Shown piece after piece: positions 54,201-64,000 of a DNA stretch of 64,000 nucleotides. Location: NCBI RefSeq assembly GCF_032444005.1, contig NC_091287.1, forward strand, positions 460,102,001-460,166,000, written 5' to 3'. How positions within the stretch are numbered: the stretch's first letter is position 1; each line of letters starts with the position of its first letter. The DNA is from Ranitomeya imitator. Taxonomy: Eukaryota. The notes under the pieces were generated by a model. The model was not told the origin of the DNA, did no database searches, and saw only the letters and a program-made list of their open reading frames with translations. A program made the position numbers and the translations under genes.

Positions 54201-54617
54201 TTACAGTAGGGGCAAAGCTATTAGCAGGGGTCAAGATCAAATGTTTAAGTAATATCATTAAGAATGTGTTCACCTGGCCAAGAAATTATAAAAGGCATTG
54301 TTCTGCATCTCCGGCTTTTGAGAGAGGTAGGTCACGTGACATTACCTAATCTGCGCCATGAAGGTTGTGAAAAATAAATTGCTAAAGATGCAGTTTTTTT
54401 TGTTAATCCTGCCTACTAATAAAAAAGCAAAAAACTGAAAAAAAATGTTGTATGTACACGAAAATCAATTCTAAGAAAATTGTGTTGATCAGTGGGGGTT
54501 CCAGATCAAAGATACTCTCTGGATCAGAGAGGTTGTCGGGATCAGAGACTTTGTCAGAATTGAAAATAGAGTAACTTAGTTTCCAGCATCATAACTTGAA
54601 GGTCGTTGGTTCTTAAT

Positions 54618-55822
54618 TAGTGATGAGCGAGTGTACTCGTTGCTCGGGTTTTCCTGAGCACACTCGGGTGGTCTCCAAATATTTGTGACTGCTCGGAGAT
54701 TTAGTTTTTTTGACACAGCTGCATGATTTACAGCTACTAGCCAGCCTGAGTACATGTGGGGGTTGCCTGGTTGCTGGGAAATCTCCACATGTAATCAAGC
54801 TGTCTAGTAGCCACAAATCATGCAGCTGCGGCAAGGAAAACTAAATCTCCGAGCAGTCGCAAATACTCGGAGACTACTCGAGCGTTCTCCGGAAACCCCG
54901 AGCAAAGAGTATACTTGCTCATCACTAGGGTAGAGCGAAACGGGTCGACCATTTTCAGAAGTCGCCGACTTTTGGCAAAATCGGGTTTCATGAAACCCGA
55001 CCCGACCCCTGTGTGGGGTCGGCCATGAGGTCGGCGATCTTCTGAATCTGGTATCGGAATTCCGATCCCGAGTTCCGATATGTTTGCAATATCGGAAATC
55101 GGTATCGGAATCCATATTTAAGTGTAAAATAAAGAACTAAAATAAAAAATATCGCTATACTTACCCTCTGACGTGCCCTGGTACTAACCGGCAGCCTTTC
55201 TTCCTTCGAATCAGCGCTTGCAGGACCTTGTGGTGACGTCGCGGCTTGTGATTGGTCGCGCGACCGCCCATGTGACCGCTCGTGCGACCAATCACAAGCC
55301 TAATACGTAATACCTAATATACCTAATAGGAATATACTCACCCTCGGACGCGCCCTGCTTCTTTCCGGCAGCCTTCCTTCCTAAGAATCGCTTGCAGGAC
55401 CTTGCGGTGACGTCGCGGCTTGTGATTGGTCGCGCGAGGGGTCACATGGGCGGTCGCGCGACCAATCACAAGCCGCGACGTCACCGCAAGGTCCTGCAAG
55501 CGCTGATTCGAAGGAAGGAAGGTTCCCGGTTAGTACCAGGGCATGTCCGAGGGTGAGTATAGCGATATTTTTTATTTTAATTCTTTATTTTACACTTAAA
55601 TATGGATTGCAGGGCCTGAAGGAGAGTTTCCTCTCCTTCAGACCCTGGGAACCATTGGAAACCCAATGCACTGCATTGGGTTTCGAGTTTCGGCCGACCC
55701 CGACCCTGACTTTTTTATAGGATCGGCCGATTTCACTCGACCCGACTTTTGAAAAAGTCGGGTTTCGTGAAACCTGACCCGATCCTATAAAAGTAAAAGT
55801 CGCTCAACCCTACTCAACACTA
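54618..55822. mobile_element. hAT MITE (TAGTGATGAGCG family) with a second hAT MITE nested in its right TIR
   Basis: 8-bp TSD TTCTTAAT at 54610-54617 and 55823-55830. Confidence 0.85.
54926..55812 (+). mobile_element. hAT MITE sharing ends with the 11-kb autonomous element
   Basis: TSD CTCATCAC/CTCAACAC; termini TAGGGTAGAGCGAAACGGGTCG / GTCGCTCAACCCTA; first ~100 bp nearly identical to 29814-29915. Confidence 0.85.
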
Positions 55823-57117
55823 TTCTTAATGTAAAATTTACAATAGGGCCCCTCACCAACTTGTGCCGTTTGTAAGACAGGTGTCTTCTTAGTCTTCGTA
55901 TAACCAAGACGGGTTTTTGGCTTCCTCAGAGACCATAGTCCAGGTGCAACTGCTGCCTCACCTCCTATAGCTCATGCTCCTCTATCTAGCTAAAGATTTA
56001 CTGCTGGCATATATTCAGCTGTCCTCCAAGGACAGTGAAATAGCATTAGCTGTAATAAATGTAGGAATAGAAGTCTTGTGTCTGATAAAACAAGCAAACT
56101 AAAAGGTTGTAGCATGTTGTGCTGTAACTGAGAATCTTGGACATCCGCACCACTATGCCTGGACAGTGTTTTGGCCTTCATTGTACTCACAGAAAGCAGA
56201 TGTTTGGCTAAAGGTTAACACAAAGAAATTATCAAACTATATTTGCAAATAGCAGTTAAAAAATGGATACTTCATAGTCGACAGGAAACTGAATCATTGA
56301 TGGCATTATTATTTTAACCAATGTATAAAATCAGATGTCATTAAGGGTTTAATATGAATTTAAGGGACCTCAACTAATTTTAGACAAGACATAAATTCAA
56401 TATCAGAACGAAAAAAATGGCACTTTTGTGGTGCTTTTTCATTTTTTTGCCACTGTTAGGCTATGTGAAAACGCAAAGTTTTTAAAAAATGAAAACTCTT
56501 CCGGAAGCGCTAACTTTTTCATCTAAACTTTTTTTTTTTTTACTTTTTTTAGTTGTTTCCTGTGAATGATTTCAATGTTTTTGACTTGATGCTTTCGGTA
56601 TTTAAAAAAAAAAAATGTTTTTCCAGCGTTATTGAGGCGTCTTTTATTGGCGTTTTCTGGATGTTTTTTTTTTATCTCCATTCAACAATGAAGAGGCCGA
56701 CATCAAATGTCTTTCAGCATATTTTGAGCCCTCCCATTGACTTTTGTTAAAAAGTATAGAGATTTTTTTAAAAAGAAAGTGCCTGAAAAATGGCCCACTC
56801 TTTTTTTTTTAACCGCATGGCGCCTTTGGAAACCTGAGGTGGTTAAAAGACACTCAAAAGCTTGAACATATGAACAGCAAGTCGTTTTTACATAGAAACA
56901 TATACGTTCATTCGTGTGAGCATTTATTTAGCTACTAAAAGGTTATTTACTCAGACTTAAGATATAACCAAACTTATTCTTAAAGGGTAACCCTCAGAGA
57001 TGTAGCTAGGAGTCCAGCTCAGGTAGGGGGGTGAAACTTCTGAGTGGGCCCCTAACAGGCGGACATATCATTGGTGCAAGCTGCGCAGCAGCACATGGGC
57101 GCAAGAGGTAAAGGGAC

Positions 57118-57375
57118 TAGTGATGAGCGAGTGTACTCGTTGCTCGGGTTTTCCAGAGCACGCTCGGGTGGTCTCCGAGTATTTGTAACTGCTCGGAGAT
57201 TTCGTTTTTGTTGACGCAGCTGCATGATTTACGGCTGCTAGCCAGCCTGAGTACATGTGGGGGTTGTCTGGTTGCTAGTAAATCCCCACATGTAATCAAG
57301 CTCTCTATCAGCTGTAAATCATGCAGCTGAGGCAATGAAAACTAAATCTCCGAGCACTTACAAATACTCGGAGAC
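57118..57375 (+). mobile_element. Second copy of the TAGTGATGAGCG hAT MITE, right end missing
   Basis: Co-linear with 54618-54870. Confidence 0.8.
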
Positions 57376-57819
57376 CCATTTGTACCTCCAAAGCAAGTGC
57401 AATTTTGCATTTTTAGGAGCAAAGGGCCCATATATTGTTCTTGCACAGGAGCCCCTTTCTGTCTGTGTCCACCTGTGGCCCTTAACCGGATAATTATGAT
57501 TATAACTACGTTGGTATGGGGGAACCTCAGGAGATGACCACACTGTTATTGGAAATAAATCTCTATACAAAGACCGGCACTGATATTACCGCCATATGGT
57601 GACATATAGTGGTAGACACCAGTGCTGCAGGACATATAGAGATTACAGTACAGTTACAGATGGTGGCTTACAGCTCGCGTTCTTTCTTGTGGAGTCGTTC
57701 ACTTTTCCCATGTTTTCCATCTGGCCCAGACCGACATGACATTTCCAGCCAGGACTCGTCTGCAAAAATAAGAACAGAGACACATCTGACTTCTCACAAT
57801 TCCATCACCGTTCTTTCAC

Positions 57820-58085
57820 ATATAGAATCATAGAATCATAGATTGCTGCAGTTGGAAGGCACATCAAGGGTAATCTGGTCCAACTCTCTGCCCAAAGCAG
57901 GAGTCACTAAACCATCTCAGACAGATGTCTGCCCGGCCTCTGTTTGAAGACTTCCATTGAAGGAAAACTCACCACCTCTTGTGGCAGCCTGTTCCACTCA
58001 TTGATCACCCTCACTGTCAAAAAGTTTTTTTCTAATAACTAATCTGTATCTCCCCCTTTCAATTTCATTCCATTGCTTCTTATGG
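57820..58085 (-). mobile_element. CR1 LINE 3' end
   Basis: CATAGAATCATAGAATCATAG tail; reverse complement resembles the 22190-22380 CR1 3' region. Confidence 0.9.
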
Positions 58086-58591
58086 TTCTATGTACAAATA
58101 TATTATCAACCTGCACAAATGCCTCAACTCGCTGATACCACAATACTGAACTTCTGCTGTATGTGTCCCTATTACTGTACCTACTATGTGGTACAAAAAA
58201 GAGCTCCTCCTAGTGTCCAACATAGTAATGACACCACTGTGCCACTTACAACGTAATAATGCCTCCTTTCTGCTCTCTAGATGGTAAAATTGCCCACTAG
58301 AAAATATTAATTTCCTGTGCATGTGCCCTTCACGTTTTGTCCCTGGAAAGTAATAATACTCCATGTGTAACTTTGATGGTCACAATACTAAGTGCCCCTA
58401 TAACAATAATGTTTTAGTGCCCACGTAACATTTAATAATAATGATAAATTAATAAATAATAATTATAATAAATGGTTTATTATGAAATTATTAAATAGAC
58501 GGCAGCTCATGGTTACTGTATTGTTATACTTGTTAGGTGACACAAAAGAGCACAGTGAGGTCAAAAATACTCTGTTGTAAAAAAAAAATCA

Positions 58592-58788
58592 GGGCAGACA
58601 GATGGACGTAATTCTCGTGTGAGGATTGCATCGCAATCCTGGTACTGACTATCGGCTCTTCTGACCTGAGTGTGACAGCTGCATAGTAATCCATCACGCT
58701 GTCATGCTCCAGTCAGGAGAGGTGTCGTGCCAGTCCGAGAATTGTGATGTGATCCTCCAATGAGTTATACGTCTGTCTGTCTGCCCCC
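58592..58788. mobile_element. Small Harbinger-type MITE
   Basis: TIR GGGCAGACAGATGGACGTA / TACGTCTGTCTGTCTGCCCC; flanks TCA/TTA. Confidence 0.6.
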
Positions 58789-60099
58789 TTATGCTAAAAC
58801 TTATCCTTGTTTAATAATAGGTTAATATATCAACATTAGTTTAAGTATTAACCTGAACTGTTGTGCTTGTTATACTAATAATTATTAAAGACCCAGCTCG
58901 CAAGTATAAAAAGCCCCCGACTTTCCCATCTCCAGCCCCCCAAGACAGCAACTATTACATGTGGACTGCACATAATCTCCTAACAAAACAGTATAATAAT
59001 CACCCCTTACCCACCTCAGCCCTCACAATACCCTCAAGCTCTCACATTCACCCCCAATACCCTGTGCCTCCTCCTCCACCCCAACACCCATCCTCTCACA
59101 TTCACCCCCCTAGTGCCCTGTCCCCGACCTCAGCCCCCTCAATGCACCCATCCTCTCACATTCATCCCTCAGTGAACATGACATGCCTAAATTGAATCAA
59201 TCTAATAAATTCCATCCCCACTTATGGATGACGAAAACAGGCAGTGCCACAGGACCAGAAATTGTCTGAGAGAAATGCAAGGAGAGCACTAGCACCCAGT
59301 GCCTGAGCCAATCAGCGTGTGCACAGTGGCAACTAACTGCAGCTGCTGCCAGCCCAGCCCTGAAGTAGGTCCTTGGATGAAACAGCATCGCTCACTGCAC
59401 AGACTGAGGCTCGGCAGCCTGCCACTGTGCAGAGTCTGTCAGACAGGGGAGCCGGCATTGTGCTGCTCTCTGCCTGACACCACAGATGCAGCCTCAAGAC
59501 AAAAGTTGCCGTGGCTCCTGGTAGGCCCCTTCATGTGACGGAGTCCGGGGCAACAGCACCCTCTGCCCCCCATTAGCTACACTATTGGTAATCGTTATTT
59601 TGATTTTTTTCAGTAATCAATAATACCAGACCTCCCAACCATCACAGATCCAGTGGGACAGTCCTGATTTTGAGACTCTGTCCCGATGTCCCAGCCGGGA
59701 TCTTACTTTCTCACACTGTACTGAGGTTGTACCAGCCTCAGGAGAAACTACAGAAGCAGCGAGCGCACAGACACGTTGGTCACATGACTGCGATAAGTCA
59801 GAACATGTCTAGTCGGGAACCTGAACCCCGCCCCCTCTAGTGATGTCACTCACCTATTTCCGCCACATCCAGAAGCTGCAGGAGCTCGGAGTCACCGATG
59901 AGTCTTCATTCTCCTGACACGGTGCCAGGTCTGCCTGTCCTGTGGCATCTGTCTCTGTTACCGGAGGTGCTGTGTAGTTACCGGACCCACTCTTGACGAA
60001 CTCCTTCCTGAAATGAAGATGCTTACAAACTGGAGTGAGTTGTGTGTGGGGGTGTCCGGGGTCATGTGGTGTAAACATCAGTGTCATTTTACCACAGAT

Positions 60100-60700
60100 T
60101 ACTAGCACAGCATGCAGTGTCAGTAATCTGTGGTAAAACTACTACTCCCAGCATGCAGTCAGCAATCTGTAATAAATCTACTACTCCCAACATGCAGTGA
60201 AGAAAACAGTATGGGGGAATGGGGGCATGTACAAGAAAACAGTACAGGGGAATGGGGGGTAGGTACGAGATAACAGTACGGGGGAACGAGGACATGTATG
60301 AGAAAACAGTACGGGGAATGGGGGCATGTATGAGGAAACAGTATGGGGGATGGGTGGAGAAACTGGTGATTGGGGAGGGGTGCAGACAGTATGGGGAGCA
60401 AACGGGGAATGTACAGTATGCGGACACAGTATGAGTAGGGATGTGAAAAATGTATGTGAACAGAGTATGGGGAGTGAGGGTGATGGGATGTGTACAGACA
60501 CAGTAAGGGGAGTAAGGGGATGTGTAAGCAGGCAGTATAGAAAGTGAGGGGGTAAATATATGAGGAGACAGTATGGCGAACAGGGGAATATGAGAGAAGA
60601 CAGTATGAGGAGGGAGGGAAATAGTGTGAGGAGACAGTATGGGGGAGAAAAGTGAGTGGGCACAGAATAGAAACTGAGTAGTGGGGGTGTAGGATGTACT
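60100..60700 (+). repeat. Degenerate purine-rich minisatellite (ACAGTA(T/C)GGGG units)
   Basis: Repeated ACAGTATGGGG/ACAGTACGGGG cores. Confidence 0.7.
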
Positions 60701-61069
60701 TTAATTCATTACTTGTAAAAAAAATTTCTGTTTATAATTATTGTTTATGATACAGTGTGATAAGCAGTGCTAAATGGGTGTGGTTGGGGCGTGGATATTG
60801 GTGTGAGTAGTTGTGAAATGGGTGTGGTCAGGGGCGTGGCCTAAAATTTGCCACGGCGTGACCCCACTACACCATCATCGCCCCCCGTCAGCTGAATTTG
60901 GACTTAAAATGGAACCCCATTTGAGGCATTACATTTGTTTTCCCTATTTTCCTTCTGAAATTTTGGGGTGTGTCTTATGGTCAGAAAAACACGGTAAATT
61001 TGTTTTAACATTTTTAACCGCAACAAGGTGAACGTCATAAACGTCACCTGGCTACTTCATTTCTTTTCT

Positions 61070-63700
61070 GCGGACATCCCCGCTATCATCATGGGCGACT
61101 TCAACATCCCCATTGACACTTCCCTCTCAGCTGCCACTAAACTTCTATCTCTCACTTCCTCTTTTGGCATCACTCAATGGTCTTCTGCAGCCACTCATAA
61201 AGACAGTCACACACTGGACCTCATCTTCACCCGCCTCTGCTCCCTATCTAACCTCTCTAACTCACCTCTTCCACTCTCTGACCACAACCTTCTCACATTC
61301 TCATCTCTCTCCACTCCATGTCTACAATCCCCACCCCACAACCTTTCACACCCTCGCAGAAATCTTTAACACCTTGACCTACATTCATTCTCTTAATCCC
61401 TCCTCCCTCTCACAGACATAAGTTCCTTACACAATGCGGACGGCACTGCCGCTCTATATAACACCACAATAGCTGTATCTTTGGAATCTGCTGCCCCACT
61501 TACACATACCAAAGCTCGCAAAATCAACAGACAGCCCTGGCACACCAGCCTGACCAAAGAACTGAGGCAAGCTTCCAGGTCTGCTGAGCGCAGATGGAAA
61601 AGATCCCACTCCAACGAGCACTTCATCGCATTCAAACAGTCCCTCACTACTTTCAAGACCACACTCGCCACAGCTAAACAAACCTACTTCTCATCTCTCA
61701 TATCCTCTCTCACAACTCTAAACAGTTATTCATCACCTTCAATTCTCTCCTCCGTCCCCCAGCACCTCCTCCCTCCCCACTTATCTCCGCTGAAGACTTT
61801 GCCTCATTTTTCAAGCAGAAGATTGATAGCATCAGAGACAGTTTTGGTCAACAACCCTCAGAGCCCCTCCTCCTGACTTCCCAGCCCTCCACCTCCAAAA
61901 CCAACTTCTCCACCATTACAGAAGATCAACTCTCCACTCTACTCTCAAGATTGCATCTCACCATCTGTGCACTTGACCCGCTCCCATCCCACCTCGTCCC
62001 AAACCTCACCACAGTCTTCATCCCAACCCTATCCCATCTCTTCAACCTATCACTAACAACTGGTGTTTTCCCCTCAAGCTTTAAACATGCCTCCATCACA
62101 CCTATCCTCAAAAAGCCCTCTCTTGACCCATCCTCTGTATCTAGCTATCGCCCTATATCACTTCTTCCTTATTCCTCCAAACTACTGGAACAACACATCT
62201 ACCTTGAACTGTCCTCCCATCTCTCTTCTTGCTCCCTCTTTGACCGCTTACAATATGGCTTCCGGTCACACCATTCCACTGAAACTGCCCTAACTAAGGT
62301 CACCAATGACCTCTTAACCGCCAAGAGCAAGCAACACTACTCTGTCCTCCTCCTCCTGGACCTGTCGGCTGCCTTTGACACAGTGGACAATTCCCTATTA
62401 TTACAGACCCTCTTATCCCTTGGCATCACAGACTTGGCCCTATCCTGGATCTCATCATACCTAACAGACCGGACATTCAGCGTCTCCCACTCACACACCA
62501 CCTCCTCACCTCGCCCCTATCTGTCCGAGTCCCACAAGGTTCAGTCATTGGGCCCCTGCTCTTCTCCATTTACACCTTTGGCCTGGGACAGCTCATAGAA
62601 TCTCAAGGCTTTCAGTATCGCCTCTATGCTGATGACACACAGATCTACATCTCTGGACCAGATATCACCTCCCTACTAACCAGAATCCCTCAATGTCTGT
62701 CCACTATTTCATCCTTCTTCTCCACTAGATTTCTCAAACTTAACATGGACAAAACAGAATTCATCATCTTTCCCCCATCTCACGCGACCCCCCCCAACGA
62801 ACCTATCTATTACAGTAAACGGCTGCCCACTCTCCCCAGTCCCACAAGCTCACTGCCTCGGGGTAATCCTTGACGCTGATCTCTCCTTCAAACCACATAT
62901 CCAAGCCCTTTCCACTTCCTGCCGACTTAAAGTCAAAAATATTTCACAAATCCGTTCATTCCTCAACTAAGACTCTTCAAAAACCCTAGTCCATGCCCTC
63001 ATCATCTCTCGCCTTGACTACTGCAATCTCCTGCTCTGTGGCCTCCCCTCTAACACTCTCGCACCCCTCCAATCTATTCTAAACTCTGCTGCCCGACTAA
63101 TCCACCTGTCCCCCCGCTATTCCCCGGCCTCTCCCCTCTGTCAATCCCTTCACTGTTTCCCCATTGCCCAGAGACTCCAGTACAAAACCCTAACCATGAT
63201 GTACAAAGCCATCCACAACCTGTCTCCTCCATACATCTGTGACCTCGTCTCCCGGTACTTACCCACACGCAACCTTCGATCCTCACAAGATCTCCTTCTC
63301 TACTGCCCTCTTATCTCCTCTTCCCACAATCGTATACAAGATTTCTCTCGCGTATGATCCCTACTCTGGAACCCTCTACCACAACACATCAGACTCTCGC
63401 CTACCATCGAAACCTTCAAAAAGAACCTGAAGACCCACCTCTTCCAACAAGCCTACAACCTGCAGTAACCACTAATCGACCAAACCGCTGCATAACCAGC
63501 TCTATCCTCACTTACTGTATTCTCACCCGTCCCTTGTAGATTGTGAGCCTTCGCGGGCAGGGTCCTCACTCCTCCTGTACCAGTTTTGACTTGTATTGTT
63601 TAAGATTATTGTACTTGTTTTTATTATGTATACCCCTCCTCACGTGTACAGCGCCATGGAATAAATGGCGCTATAACAATAAATAATAATAATAAAAATA
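61070..63700 (+). mobile_element. L2 LINE, 5'-truncated ORF2 (end of APE endonuclease + RT) with 3' tail; degraded
   Basis: IMGDFNIPID...HKDSHTLDLIFTR; LQYGFRSHHSTETAL; [13 protein letters not shown]; YADDTQIY; tail GCGCCATGGAATAAATGGCGCTATAACAATAAATAATAAT; several frameshifts and stops. Confidence 0.93.
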
Positions 63701-64000
63701 ATAATAATAAAAAAATGACCAATTTGTGAATTGCAATTTTGCAAATTTTGCCAGCCAAAAATTGGAATAGAAAGTGAAAAAAAAATGCTATATACCCCAA
63801 AATGAAAAAAATAATTTCAACTCATTCCACAAAATCAAGGTCTCTTATAGTTCTGTTGGTTGAAAGATAGAAAAGTTACAGCTCTAAAAATATGCCAAAG
63901 AAAATTTTTTGTTTAGTTAACAAGTGTTTACAGTGTGTGTAAGTATAAAAAACTCGAAAAAATAAATGTCTGGAATCACCGTAATTGTACCAACTCAAAC

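Noticed and set aside
56191-56207. 17-nt minus-strand micro-exon between a good acceptor and GTGAGT
   Set aside because: Too short to distinguish from chance without transcript data.

Overview
Eukaryotic, vertebrate genomic DNA, almost certainly an anuran amphibian (inferred from the CR1/L2/V-SINE/Penelope/DIRS/T2-MITE repertoire). It is nearly all transposable elements and no host gene could be confidently identified. Main architecture: (1) an apparently intact 11.1-kb hAT transposon (29814-40944; 8-bp TSD GCTATTAG; 1189-aa BED-finger/DDE transposase) carrying large internal tandem arrays. It is inserted in a Neptune-type Penelope retroelement (27606-45241, ~1.19-kb direct pLTRs), which in turn splits a minisatellite of a probable Helitron. 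(2) A second, truncated hAT (7390-13440) sitting in a Gypsy LTR, plus a TIR-less hAT fragment (23779-25726). (3) Two TTAA-flanked piggyBac-like non-autonomous elements (1268-5188, 47415-50799) that both carry a telomere-like (CCCTAA)n tract at the same internal position. (4) Five distinct hammerhead-ribozyme-like motif types, including a canonical one at 26227-26269 (-) and one in a 332-bp direct repeat that resembles newt satellite-2/retrozymes (19062-19551). (5) Many MITEs (hAT, Harbinger, Kolobok/T2, piggyBac) and CR1, L2, SCAN-gag Gypsy and DIRS/Ngaro remnants. One assembly gap (4294-4425). Coordinates were read by eye; TSD/TIR-defined ends are exact to a few bases, the others are approximate.
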